Shown in pieces: positions 37,317 through 47,156 of a DNA stretch of 64,000 bases. Source of the stretch: Candidatus Eiseniibacteriota bacterium (GTDB lineage: Bacteria > Eisenbacteria > RBG-16-71-46); NCBI GenBank assembly GCA_041483195.1, contig JBGPFC010000008.1:1-64000 (forward strand). The letters are read 5' to 3'. Numbering within the stretch: the stretch's first letter is position 1; each line of letters opens with the position of its first letter. The notes beneath the pieces were generated by a model, which worked only from the letters and a program-made list of their open reading frames with translations, was not told the origin of the DNA and searched no databases. The position numbers and the translations under genes were made by a program.

Positions 37317-38524
37317 CGCGCGCCGGATCCCGCCGGAATCAGCTGCTCGCTCCAGCGCGCCACGGCGGAGCCGGCCCGGAATTCGAGCCCGGCCGCGCGG
37401 GCCTTCAGGCTGAGCGCCTCGCGCAGCGCGGGCTCCGAGGCGAATCGCAGAAGCGCACCGGCCAGACCGCGCACCCGCTCCGCATCGCAGCGCCCCGGAT
37501 CGAACGCGAGGCCGGCCCCGGAGCGCGCGAGCCACGCACCGAGCGCTCCTTCATCCGGCGCGATGACCGGCCGGCCGCACGCCAGGGCTTCCATCGCAGC
37601 GTGCGGAAATCCCTCGGTGCGTCCGTCCGCCATCCGTCGCGACGGGATCACGAGCGCGTCCGCCCGCGCGAAGGCCCGGGCCTTGTCGCCGGAATCGAGC
37701 ACGCCGGGAAAACGCGTGGGATGAGCGAGGCATGCCGCGCGCGCGCGCAATCCGGGCTCGAGACTGCCGCTTCCAGCGAGCGCGATCTCGCGCACCCGGC
37801 CGCTGGCGATCCGGGCACATGCCTCGAGCAGCAGGTCGGGGCCCTTGACCGGCTCGAACCGTCCGAGGAACAGCAGGCGCGGCGACGAATCCGGGGAGCC
37901 GGGCCGCTCCCCGATGCATGGCGCGACGGCCACCGGGAGCGGACAGACACCCACCTCCCGTCCTCCGAGCGCGGCCGACACACGATGCGCCGTGTGCGCG
38001 GCGGGCGCGACGATTCGCGTGTCCGCCCACGCCGCGCGGAGCAGCTGCCGAATTCCGGGGAGCCGCACCAGGCGCTCGAGCAGATGAACGTCGGCGCCGT
38101 GCGCGGTCGCGAGATGCGGGACGCGGCGGGACCCCGCGATTCGGGCGCCGATCAACCCGGATGGAAACAGCCAGTGGCTCCAGATCAGGTCGACGCTCCG
38201 AGTCGCGAGCGTGGCGCGCGCGCGCGCATCCAGCGCCGCGGTCAGTGACGGCGCGAGCATCCACTTCCATGGCTCGCTCGCGAGGGTCTCGGGGATCCCC
38301 CGCAGGTGAGCGAGTCCTCCGCTCCAATGGTCGCCCCAGTGCCGCGCCTCGCTCACGCGAATGCCGGCGTCGTGCAATCCTCCCCCGCGACCTGCGGCCC
38401 GGGGCGTCACGACCTCGAATCGCCAGCCGCTCGGACGCAACGCGAGCAGCAGGTCGCGCACGAACGATCCGCTCACGCTCCCCGCGCGCACCGGGTACGA
38501 GGTGGTCAGCACGAGCGCTCTCAC
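37313..38524 (-). CDS. GT4 (GT-B) glycosyltransferase
   Basis: LTTSYP, SHWLFPSG, TAHGADV, GRFEPVKG, EGFPHAAMEA. Confidence 0.85.
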   Translation of the reverse strand: MRALVLTTSYPVRAGSVSGSFVRDLLLALRPSGWRFEVVTPRAAGRGGGLHDAGIRVSEARHWGDHWSGGLAHLRGIPETLASEPWKWMLAPSLTAALDARARATLATRSVDLIWSHWLFPSGLIGARIAGSRRVPHLATAHGADVHLLERLVRLPGIRQLLRAAWADTRIVAPAAHTAHRVSAALGGREVGVCPLPVAVAPCIGERPGSPDSSPRLLFLGRFEPVKGPDLLLEACARIASGRVREIALAGSGSLEPGLRARAACLAHPTRFPGVLDSGDKARAFARADALVIPSRRMADGRTEGFPHAAMEALACGRPVIAPDEGALGAWLARSGAGLAFDPGRCDAERVRGLAGALLRFASEPALREALSLKARAAGLEFRAGSAVARWSEQLIPAGSGAR

Positions 38525-40029
38525 GCGGCGAGCGGTCTCCGCTTCCGCATCAGGCGCGACAGCGGGATCTCGCCGGCCGCCGCGAGCGCGGCGGCCGCCG
38601 CGAGCGCGAGCACCGCGCACTTCAAAGCGACCATGAGGCCGGTGGCCGGCCAGCGGCGCGCGAGCAGGAACAACCCAGCACCGAGCAGCAGTCCGCGCGC
38701 GGCGCTTGCCCATGGAATCACGTTTCCGAATTTCCGCCCGGCCAGCACCAGCCCCGCGATCAGCGCCGCCCCCATTCCGATCAGATCGCCCATCGCGGCC
38801 CCCGAGATTCCGGATCGCGGGAAGAGCAGCAGGCAGCCCGTGATCTGCGCGGCCAGCCCCACCGCCAGCACGCCCACCCCCGCGCGCGGATCGCCCGCCC
38901 CCGCAAGCGCCGTGGCCAGCACGTACGCGCAGGTCCACAGCGCATAGGCCGGGCCGAGGAACCGGAGCAGCGTTCCGCCTTCGAGGTAGGCCCGGCCATA
39001 GAGCAGGCCGATGAGCTCCGGGCCCATCGCGGCGAGCAGCGCCGCGCCCGGGAGCACGACCACCACGAGATAGCGGAGCGCCCCGCGCACCATCCCGCGC
39101 GCGGCCGCCGGATCGGGGCGGCGTCCGAGGTGCGACAGGCTGGGGAACAGCACCAGCGCGAGTGGGATGAGCAGCTGATAGAGCAATTGCGAAAGCGTGA
39201 GCGCGGCGCGGTAGATCCCGGCCGCCGCATTCGCCAGGGCTGGGTCGCTCAAACGCTTGACCGCCCACAGATCCACGGTGAGCACCAGGTTCGCCACGAG
39301 CGTGAGCAGCAGCAGCCAGCCGCCGAATCGCAGCAGCTCGCGCGTTTCGAACGGGCCATCGGGGCGCGGCGCGCGATGCACCAGCCACATCGAGAGCCCG
39401 AGGATGAAGCACGCAGCGGTCGCGAAGCCGCCCACCGCCCCGACGACCCCGAGCCCCAACGCCACGGCGCCGAGCGTGAGCGTGACGCGCAGCGTCGAGT
39501 AGAGGCAGTCCAGCCCGGCCTGCACGGTGAAGCGCCGCAGCCCGTTGAAGAACCCCACGTTTACCGCGTAGAGCGCGTACGCCGGCACCACCAGCGCCAC
39601 GACGCGCAGCGGGGTCACCAGCGACGGATCGCGGAGCAACCGGCCGATGGTTCCGCTCGCGGCCTCAAGCGCGATGAAGAGCCCGAGGCCGATCGCGGCC
39701 TGCACGCGGAGTCCGGCGCGCAGCACCGAGCCCGCGCGATCCGGATCGCGGGCGGTGAAGCGCGAGACCGCCTGGAGATTCGCGGCGATCAGGACGTTGT
39801 TGAGCACCGACACGATGGAGGTGACCACCGCGTAGAGCCCGAAGTCGCGCGGCCCGAGCAGCCGCGTCAGGCCCAGGTAGAGTGCGTAGCCCGCGACCAC
39901 GAACCACATCTTCGCGAAATTGATGATGAGGACGCCGCGCGTCATCCCGGTTGCGAGGGTTGGAGCGCCAGAATCCCCGGCGGGGGACGGGTCGTCACGG
40001 GGTTCACCGGCTGCGTCGGGGCGCGCCAT
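38521..40029 (-). CDS. Wzx/MOP-family oligosaccharide flippase
   Basis: TRLLGPRDFGLY, DLWAVK, GIYRAA, VLFPSLS; ~14 TM segments. Confidence 0.85.
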   Translation of the reverse strand: MARPDAAGEPRDDPSPAGDSGAPTLATGMTRGVLIINFAKMWFVVAGYALYLGLTRLLGPRDFGLYAVVTSIVSVLNNVLIAANLQAVSRFTARDPDRAGSVLRAGLRVQAAIGLGLFIALEAASGTIGRLLRDPSLVTPLRVVALVVPAYALYAVNVGFFNGLRRFTVQAGLDCLYSTLRVTLTLGAVALGLGVVGAVGGFATAACFILGLSMWLVHRAPRPDGPFETRELLRFGGWLLLLTLVANLVLTVDLWAVKRLSDPALANAAAGIYRAALTLSQLLYQLLIPLALVLFPSLSHLGRRPDPAAARGMVRGALRYLVVVVLPGAALLAAMGPELIGLLYGRAYLEGGTLLRFLGPAYALWTCAYVLATALAGAGDPRAGVGVLAVGLAAQITGCLLLFPRSGISGAAMGDLIGMGAALIAGLVLAGRKFGNVIPWASAARGLLLGAGLFLLARRWPATGLMVALKCAVLALAAAAALAAAGEIPLSRLMRKRRPLAA

Positions 40030-40221
40030 GCGGCGTTACCTTTCGTCGTGGGATGGGGAGCCATCGCGGACGCACGATCGGGGGCGGACTCCGCCCCAGC
40101 CAGGCCCCGCGAGAGGCGGCGCGAGCAGCGCTCAGGTGCATTCCAACGAGCGCAATATTCTGACAGGTTTTCGGGGGGCCCGCGAACCGGGCGCGCCCGC
40201 CTCGCGCCGGGCCCGCGGGCC

Positions 40222-41505
40222 TCAGCTCGTGGATGCCGCCGGCCAGTCGCCCTCGCCGAGCGCCCCGCCGGGGGCGGGGCCGAGCGCGGCGAGGGTGAAT
40301 CGCGCGGGATCCAGGAATCGGCGAGCGGCCTCTCCCACCTGCTCGCGCGTGACGGCGAGCACGCGTGCGACCTGCTCCTCGGGGGAGGCGTAGCGCCCGC
40401 AGTAGAGTTCCTCGTGCGCGAGCTGATACATGCGGCTGGACACGCTCTCCTGTCCCATGATCACGCCGCCCTTGATCTGCGCGCGCGCCGCGTCGACTTC
40501 GGCCTCGGTGGGTCCGCTCTCGCAGAGCGCGAGCAGCTCCCGCCGCACCCGGGCCAGCGCCTCGCGCCCGCGCTCGGGGGAAACCCCGAGATGGATCGAG
40601 AGCATGCCCGAATCGCGGTGGAAATCGGCGGCGGAGTACACGGAGTACGCGAGCCCCGCGTCTTCCCGGACGCTCTGAAACAGCCGGGAGCTCATCCCTC
40701 CGCCGAGCAGCGTGTTCATCACGATCAGCGTGTAGCGGTCCTCGTCAGCGTAAGGCAGACCGCGCGTTCCCAGCGAGAGGTAGAGCTGCTGCAGATCGGC
40801 CCTCACCTCGTGCCGGGCCGCAGGAGCGAACGGCGGCGGCGGCGGCGAGAGCGGAAGCCGCTCGCCGTCGGGCGGGGCGAAGTGCCACTCGACCAGCTCG
40901 GAGACCCGCTCGTGGACGAGCGCCCCGGTCGCGACCACCAGCAGGTGATCGGACCGGTAGCGGTGCCGGAAATACTCTCGCAGCGCCTCGGGATCGAGCG
41001 CGTCGACGGTCTGCACCGTGCCCAGGATCGGGAGTCCGAGCGCGTGTCCGCCCCACACCTGCGAGACCAGCAGGTCGTTGATCTTGTCCTCCGGGCTGTC
41101 CTCGCAAGAGAAGATCTCCTCGCGTACCACCGACTTCTCGCGCTCGATCTCGGGGAGAGCGAACAGCGAGCGGCAGACGATGTCCGACAGGACATCGATG
41201 ACCTGCGGCAGGTGCTCGGTCAGCGCGCGCGCGAAGTAGCACACCTGCTCGCGCGCGGTGAAGGCATCGAGGTGACCGCCCAGCGATTCGAGGCTCTGCG
41301 CGATCGCGCGCGCATCGCGCCGCTCCGTGCCCTTGAACATCATGTGTTCGATGAAATGCGAGATGCCGAGCCGTTCCGGCGGCTCGTCGCGCGCGCCGTT
41401 GCGGACCCAGACGCCGAGGGCGACCGTGCGCCGGTCGGTCATGGTTTCCGTGATCAGCGTGATGCCCGAAGGGAGCAGCGACTTGCGATAGGTGCTCTGG
41501 CTCAT
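40222..41505 (-). CDS. M16 family zinc peptidase (pitrilysin/MPP-like)
   Basis: GISHFIEHMMFKGT (HxxEH), LGGGMSSRLFQSVRE..GLAYSV; usual position after pnp. Confidence 0.93.
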   Translation of the reverse strand: MSQSTYRKSLLPSGITLITETMTDRRTVALGVWVRNGARDEPPERLGISHFIEHMMFKGTERRDARAIAQSLESLGGHLDAFTAREQVCYFARALTEHLPQVIDVLSDIVCRSLFALPEIEREKSVVREEIFSCEDSPEDKINDLLVSQVWGGHALGLPILGTVQTVDALDPEALREYFRHRYRSDHLLVVATGALVHERVSELVEWHFAPPDGERLPLSPPPPPFAPAARHEVRADLQQLYLSLGTRGLPYADEDRYTLIVMNTLLGGGMSSRLFQSVREDAGLAYSVYSAADFHRDSGMLSIHLGVSPERGREALARVRRELLALCESGPTEAEVDAARAQIKGGVIMGQESVSSRMYQLAHEELYCGRYASPEEQVARVLAVTREQVGEAARRFLDPARFTLAALGPAPGGALGEGDWPAASTS

Positions 41506-41677
41506 GGGCGATGGTCTTCGGGGAGGTGGGTCAGCCGCGGGGGTCCGTGAAGCCCGTCCGTCGCGTGCGCCTGGCACGCGCGGGTTGAAGCGGTGGAATC
41601 GCCGCGACCCGCAACGGCCGCGGTCGGCGGGGCCCGCCTGCGCGGGCTCCGCCCCACGATGGAAGGCCGGCGCGTGG

Positions 41678-43855
41678 CTAGCGCCGCCGTCCCCGGTCCC
41701 GGTCACGATCGCGGCCGCGATCGTGTTCCCGCTCGCGCCCGCCGCCCGCGCCGGCCCCGGCGGGGACGCCGCCCTCGGGCTCGGGCAGCAGCGCCTTGCG
41801 CGAGAGCTTGATCTTGCCGTCGCGGTCCACGCCGATCACCTTGACCATGACCATGTCGCCGACGTTCAGCACGTCTTCGGTACGGGCCACGCGATGGTGA
41901 TCGATCTCCGAGATGTGGAGCAGGCCGTCCCGGCCGGGCACGATCTCGACGAACGCGCCGAACGTCACGACGCTGCGCACCTTGCCCGTGTACACGCGGC
42001 CGGGCTCGGGATCTTCTGTGATGTTGCGGATCATCTCCTCGGCGCGACGGCCTCCCTCGCCGTTGACGGCCGCGATCCGCACCTCGCCGCTGTCCTCGAT
42101 GTCGATCTGGGTCCCGGTCTCCTCGGTGATGCGCTTGATGATCTTGCCGCCCGGGCCGATGACTTCGCGGATCTTGTCGGGGTTGATCTGCACGATGATG
42201 ATGCGCGGCGCGTACGGGGACATCTCGGCCCGCGGCTTCGGCAGCGCCTGTTCCATGAGCCCGAGGATGTGGAGACGGCCCTTGCGCGCCCGCTCCAGGG
42301 CGCTCGCGAGCACCTCGAACGAGATGCCACCGATCTTGGTGTCCATCTGGAACGCGGTCACGCCCTCCCGCGTGCCGGTGACCTTGAAGTCCATGTCGCC
42401 GAGATGGTCCTCGACGCCGAGGATGTCGGTCAGCACCGCGACGCGCTCGCCTTCCTTGATCAGGCCCATCGCGATCCCGGCCACCGGCGCCTTGATCGGC
42501 ACGCCGGCATCCATCAGCGACATGGAGCCCGCGCACACGGTCGCCATCGACGACGAGCCGTTCGACTCGAGGATGTCGCTCACGATGCGCAGGGTGTATG
42601 GGAAGTGGGTCTCCGCCGGGATGACCGGCTCGATCGAACGTTCCGCGAGCGCGCCGTGACCGATCTCACGCCGGCCCGGGCCCCGGATGGGCCGCACCTC
42701 GCCGACGCTGAACGGCGGGAAGTTGTAGTGCAGCATGTAGGACTTCCAGGACTGCCCCTCGAGTTCCTCGACGCGCTGCTCGTCGCTCTTGGTGCCGAGC
42801 GTGGCGACCGCTAGCGCCTGCGTCTCGCCGCGGGTGAAGAGACACGACCCGTGCGTGCGGGGCAGCACCCCGACCTCGACCGTGACCTTGCGGATGTCGT
42901 CGAGCCCGCGTCCGTCGGCGCGAATCCCCTCGCTCAACACCATGTTGCGCAACTCGTCGCGCTCGATGTCGTGCAGGAGCTTGCCGATGAACATCTCCTG
43001 CTCGGCGAAGCGTTCCTTGAGCGCGGCGATCGCCTCGACGGTGATGCGGTCCACTTCCTCCTGGCGCGCCTCCTTGCCGGGAATTCGGATCGCCTGCCCG
43101 AGCCGCTCGCGATAGCCCTGGGAGAGGGCGTCCTTGAGCGCGCCGGTGTCCGGAGGCGTGACGAGCGGGCGCTTGGGTTTGCCCGCCTTCGCGACCAGAT
43201 CCTTCTGGATCCCGACGATCGCGCGGATGTGGCCCGCTGCGAACTCGAGGGCCTCGATCAGCACGCTCTCCGGCAGCTCGCGCGTGCCGCCCTCCACCAT
43301 GATGATGTTGTCGGCCGTACCCGCCACTACCATGTCCATGTCGCTCTCGTCGAGCTGGCTGATGGTGGGGTTGACGACGAATGCCCCGTCCACGCGGCCG
43401 ACGCGCACGCCGGCGATGGGCTCTGGGAACGGAATGTCGGAAAGCGTCATGGCCGCCGAGGCCCCGATCAGCGCGAGCACGTCTGCGTCGTTCTGCTGGT
43501 CGGAGGAGACCACCGTCGCCATGATCTGCGTCTCGTACGGGAACTGCTTCGAGAACAGCGGGCGGATCGGGCGATCGATCAGCCGCGAGCTCAGCACTTC
43601 CTTCTCGGTCGGCCGGCCTTCCCGCTTGAAGAACCCGCCGGGGATCTTCCCGGCGGCGTACGTGCGCTCGCGGTAGTCCACGGTGAGCGGCACGAAATCG
43701 CGATTGGGGCTCGCCATCTTGGCCGCGCTCGCGGCCACCAGCACGACGGTTTCACCCAGTTGGACGACGGCGGATCCACCCGCCAGCTTGGCCAGCTTTC
43801 CAGTGCTGATACTGAGCGTCTGCCCACCGAGTTCCAGACTCACGTTTTGTTCCAT
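41678..43855 (-). CDS. pnp: Polyribonucleotide nucleotidyltransferase (PNPase)
   Basis: GKIPGGFFKREGRP, FTRGETQ, SNGSSSMA, EDHLGDMDFKV, KH and S1 domains. Confidence 0.98.
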   Translation of the reverse strand: MEQNVSLELGGQTLSISTGKLAKLAGGSAVVQLGETVVLVAASAAKMASPNRDFVPLTVDYRERTYAAGKIPGGFFKREGRPTEKEVLSSRLIDRPIRPLFSKQFPYETQIMATVVSSDQQNDADVLALIGASAAMTLSDIPFPEPIAGVRVGRVDGAFVVNPTISQLDESDMDMVVAGTADNIIMVEGGTRELPESVLIEALEFAAGHIRAIVGIQKDLVAKAGKPKRPLVTPPDTGALKDALSQGYRERLGQAIRIPGKEARQEEVDRITVEAIAALKERFAEQEMFIGKLLHDIERDELRNMVLSEGIRADGRGLDDIRKVTVEVGVLPRTHGSCLFTRGETQALAVATLGTKSDEQRVEELEGQSWKSYMLHYNFPPFSVGEVRPIRGPGRREIGHGALAERSIEPVIPAETHFPYTLRIVSDILESNGSSSMATVCAGSMSLMDAGVPIKAPVAGIAMGLIKEGERVAVLTDILGVEDHLGDMDFKVTGTREGVTAFQMDTKIGGISFEVLASALERARKGRLHILGLMEQALPKPRAEMSPYAPRIIIVQINPDKIREVIGPGGKIIKRITEETGTQIDIEDSGEVRIAAVNGEGGRRAEEMIRNITEDPEPGRVYTGKVRSVVTFGAFVEIVPGRDGLLHISEIDHHRVARTEDVLNVGDMVMVKVIGVDRDGKIKLSRKALLPEPEGGVPAGAGAGGGREREHDRGRDRDRDRGRRR

Positions 43856-44041
43856 CTAGTCGTTCCTGTCCTCTCGCCTTCGGGTCCGGCCCTCGCCGGC
43901 CCCCTCCATCGGCCGCTCGCAGAAGCGAAGCAACGAGCGGCGTGTGCGGGAGATCTCCCCCCCGCGCGGTGGAACGCGACGTCTCCCGTGGAGGCGTCCC
44001 AGCGTTCCCTCGGTCCCGAGGTCGGGCCGAGATGGCCGGGC

Positions 44042-44106
44042 GCGGGACTCGAGCAGAATGCGGCATCGCACGCACGAGCGTGCTCCGCACCTCCTCGATG
44101 TCCCGC
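44042..44106 (-). promoter_or_regulatory. Long imperfect stem-loop between rpsO and pnp (candidate RNase III site)
   Basis: Nested pairs GCGGGAC/GTCCCGC, TCGAG/CTCGA, TGCGG/CCGCA, GCACGC/GCGTGC. Confidence 0.45.
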
Positions 44107-44126
44107 CGCACGGCAAAAAACAGGAT

Positions 44127-44396
44127 CTAGCGCCGGAGGCCCAGATCCTTAACGACCTTGCGATAGCGATCGACCTTGGTGGCCTTCAGATAATCGAGCA
44201 GCCGGCGGCGCTGCCCCACCATGCGCAACAACCCACGACGCGAGGCGTGATCGCGCTTGTGCACCTTGAAGTGATCGGTGAGGTAATGGATCTTCTCGGT
44301 GAGCAGAGCGATCTGGACCTCGGGCGAACCCGAGTCCCCTTCGTGAATCTTGAACTTGCCGATGATCCCCTGCTTCTGCTCCTTGGAGAGCGTCAC
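44127..44396 (-). CDS. rpsO: 30S ribosomal protein S15
   Basis: 89 aa; [34 protein letters not shown] before GTG. Confidence 0.98.
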   Translation of the reverse strand: MTLSKEQKQGIIGKFKIHEGDSGSPEVQIALLTEKIHYLTDHFKVHKRDHASRRGLLRMVGQRRRLLDYLKATKVDRYRKVVKDLGLRR

Positions 44397-44399
44397 AGC

Positions 44400-44500
44400 G
44401 GTCACCTCCTGGCTGGTCGTGGGGATGCCATGCCGAGCCACCGAGTTCAGGCCCTCGGGTGGCCGAGCGTGATGGTCGTCAGTGCACCGATGTTCAGGGC
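44400..44500 (-). promoter_or_regulatory. Structured rpsO leader (candidate S15 autoregulatory RNA)
   Basis: Hairpin GCCACC(C)GAG/CTCGGTGGC upstream of the RBS. Confidence 0.4.
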
Positions 44501-44508
44501 GACGAAGG

Positions 44509-44538
44509 AATGTAGCATCCGGGCGGGCGTGAAACCAA
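44509..44538 (-). promoter_or_regulatory. Putative rpsO promoter TTGGTT-N18-TACATT with extended TG
   Basis: Motif match in the ribF-rpsO gap. Confidence 0.45.
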
Positions 44539-44580
44539 GCGGTTTCCCCTTGGGGCCCGCGGGGGCTCGCCGAACCGCGC

Positions 44581-45492
44581 TCAGCGCCGCGCCGCTTCCG
44601 CGCGCGAGAGAATGTTGCGCGCTTCGCTCACGTCCACCCGCATCGCGGCGACCAGCTGGGCCGTATCGTCGAAACGGCGCTCGGGGCGCAGCCACTCCAC
44701 GAACTCCACATCGAGATCGCGGCCCCGGAGGTCGCCGTTCCAATCGATCAGGTGCACCTCGAGCGTGCGCACCTGGCCCCCGAAGGTGGGGCGCACGCCG
44801 ACGCTCATAGCACCGGGCCGCCATTCCCGCTCGCCGCCGATGCGCGCGCGCACCGCGTAGATGCCGTAAGCGGGCACGAGTTTCTCATCGCTCAGCCGCA
44901 GATTCGCCGTGGGAAATCCCAGCGTGCGGCCGATCGCATCGCCGCTCACGACGGCACCCCCGAGCGAGTAGGGCCGGCCGAACAGCTTCGCGGCATCCGC
45001 GACCCGCCCCTCGCCGAGCAGCGCGCGGATGCGGGTGCTGCTCACGGCGGACCCGCCCATCTCGACCAGCGGCACCGCATCGACTTCGAACCCGCGCGTC
45101 GCTCCGATCTCGCGCAGTCGCTGGACGTTTCCCTCGCGCCTGCGTCCCAGCGCAAAGTTCTCGCCGACCACCAGCGCGAAGGGCCGGTACGGCGCCACCA
45201 GATGCCGTTCCACGAATTCTTCGGGACCGGTGGCCGCGAGCTCCCGGGTGAACGGCAGCACGACCAGCTCGTCGACTCCCAGCGCGCGCAGACGCTCGCG
45301 CTTCTCGGGCATGGGCGTGAGCGGAGGCTCCGCGCGGAAGTCCGGCCTGAGCACGAGGTCCGGATGCGGATCGAAGCTCAGGACGATGCAGCGCCCGCCC
45401 GCGGCGCGTGCCCGCGCGATCGCGCGCTCGAGGATCTGGCGGTGGCCGAGATGCACCCCGTCGAACACGCCGACCGAGAGGGCGGCGCTCAC
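44581..45492 (-). CDS. ribF: Bifunctional riboflavin kinase/FAD synthetase
   Basis: [45 protein letters not shown]. Confidence 0.96.
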   Translation of the reverse strand: MSAALSVGVFDGVHLGHRQILERAIARARAAGGRCIVLSFDPHPDLVLRPDFRAEPPLTPMPEKRERLRALGVDELVVLPFTRELAATGPEEFVERHLVAPYRPFALVVGENFALGRRREGNVQRLREIGATRGFEVDAVPLVEMGGSAVSSTRIRALLGEGRVADAAKLFGRPYSLGGAVVSGDAIGRTLGFPTANLRLSDEKLVPAYGIYAVRARIGGEREWRPGAMSVGVRPTFGGQVRTLEVHLIDWNGDLRGRDLDVEFVEWLRPERRFDDTAQLVAAMRVDVSEARNILSRAEAARR

Positions 45493-46490
45493 GCCCGCCC
45501 CTCGCGCACCGTCCATGGAAAGACCACATGCGGGCAGAGACGGATCGCTCCCGGTTCGTCCGGATCGAGCTCGAGCTCGCCCAGCGCGAGCGCCTCGCCC
45601 TCCGGCCCCCGCACGACCACGCTGCGCGGGCCCGCGGAGAGCGGCGCGTCGCCAGAGGCCTCGCGAGCGATCCGCGGGCGGCCGCCGAAGCCGACGGCCC
45701 CCGCCTGCTCGGCGTCGAGCGTCACGTGCGGGAGCGTGGCGAGGGCCAGATCGAGCGCGATGCCGCAGCGCTCCCATACCTCGTACGGCGAGAGCGTGTC
45801 GAGCTCGCGCAGCGTCACCGAACGCTCGAGCCCGAACGGTTCGCTGCGCAGCCGCCGCAGCGCGGCGAGCGCGGCCCCGGTGCCGAGTCGCTGACCCAGA
45901 TCGTGCACCAGCGTACGCACGTAGGTCCCGCCCGCGCAGCGCACGCGAAAGCTCGCGTCGGGCAGGGCGAACGCCAGCCACTCCCACGATTCGACCCGCA
46001 CCCGCCGCGGCGCGCGATCGACCGTCTCCCCGCGTCGCGCGAGACGATAGAGGCGCTGGCCCTGGACCTTGATCGCCGAAACCATCGGGGGCACCTGCTC
46101 GATGTCGCCCGTCAGCGTCAGCGCCGCCTCCCGAACCGCGGACGCCTGCACCGTGACCTCGTGCCGCTCGAGGACGGCCCCCGTCAAGTCCTGGCTGTCG
46201 GTCACGATCCCGAGCCGGAGCCTGCCCTCGTAGGTCTTCTCGCCGCCCTGCCACACCGAAGCGCAGCGCGTGGCGGCCCCGATCGCGACCAGCAGCAGTC
46301 CGCTCGCGGCGGGATCGAGCGTGCCGAGATGCCCCGCCCCCTTCGCCCGCAGGCGGCGCCGCACGCGCTCCACCACGTCGTGCGACGTGACGCCGGTCGG
46401 CTTGTCGATCGCGAGCAGCCCGGAGCGCGGGCGCGGGGCGTCCCCGGGCGGCGCGTCCGAACCCGTCACGCGCGCGCCGGCGGGCCTCAC
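45489..46490 (-). CDS. truB: tRNA pseudouridine(55) synthase
   Basis: DKPTGVTSHD, GHLGTLDP, QVPPMVSAIK, GTYVRTL; start could be 46469. Confidence 0.96.
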   Translation of the reverse strand: MRPAGARVTGSDAPPGDAPRPRSGLLAIDKPTGVTSHDVVERVRRRLRAKGAGHLGTLDPAASGLLLVAIGAATRCASVWQGGEKTYEGRLRLGIVTDSQDLTGAVLERHEVTVQASAVREAALTLTGDIEQVPPMVSAIKVQGQRLYRLARRGETVDRAPRRVRVESWEWLAFALPDASFRVRCAGGTYVRTLVHDLGQRLGTGAALAALRRLRSEPFGLERSVTLRELDTLSPYEVWERCGIALDLALATLPHVTLDAEQAGAVGFGGRPRIAREASGDAPLSAGPRSVVVRGPEGEALALGELELDPDEPGAIRLCPHVVFPWTVREGRA

Positions 46491-46858
46491 CGCTCCTCCT
46501 CGTCCTCGAGCGGCTCGCCGTGCTCGAGCCGGCGGAGGATCTCGTCCACCCGCGCGCCGCGCTCGACCGATTCGTCCAGGATGAATCGGATCTCGGGCAC
46601 CTCGCGCAGGCCGAGCCGCGGGCGCAGCTCGTGGCGCACGAATCCGGCGGCGCTCTTCAGCGCATCGAGCACCCGTTCGCGCTCGGCGCCGCTCTTGAGC
46701 GTGCTCACGTACACGCGCGCGAACGAGAGATCCTGGGTCACCTCGACGTCGGTGATGCTCACCATGTCGTCGAGCCTCGGATCGCGCAGGCGGCGCTCGA
46801 GAATGTCCGCGACCTCGCGCCGCATGAGCTGGGCGATGCGCTCCGGACGGATTCTCAT
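46487..46858 (-). CDS. rbfA: Ribosome-binding factor A
   Basis: RPERIA, LRDPRL, DLSFARVY, VPEIRFILDES. Confidence 0.96.
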   Translation of the reverse strand: MRIRPERIAQLMRREVADILERRLRDPRLDDMVSITDVEVTQDLSFARVYVSTLKSGAERERVLDALKSAAGFVRHELRPRLGLREVPEIRFILDESVERGARVDEILRRLEHGEPLEDEEER

Positions 46859-47136
46859 TGGAGTTCCTCCTGCCAGTCGACGAGCTGGGCGCCGGGGGCG
46901 CCCTCGACCAGATTGCGCACGGACTGGAGCATCTCGCCAATCTGGCGGCGCTCGCCCGAGATCACCGCGACACCGAGTGCCGCGCGTTGCCACAGATCCT
47001 GGTGATCCACCTCGGCGACCGCCGCATGGACGCGCTGGCGGATGCGCTCCTTCAGGGAACGCACGACCGATCGCTTGTCCTTGAGCGATGCGCTCCCGGG
47101 AAGGTGAAGCTCGATGCGGACGATGCCCACGAACAT
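46855..47136 (-). CDS. DUF503 (YlxP-like) protein
   Basis: SLKDKRSVVRSLK, VAEVDHQDLWQRA; usual infB-rbfA position. Confidence 0.92.
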   Translation of the reverse strand: MFVGIVRIELHLPGSASLKDKRSVVRSLKERIRQRVHAAVAEVDHQDLWQRAALGVAVISGERRQIGEMLQSVRNLVEGAPGAQLVDWQEELQ

Positions 47137-47156
47137 CGGCGCATGGGCCCGCGCGG

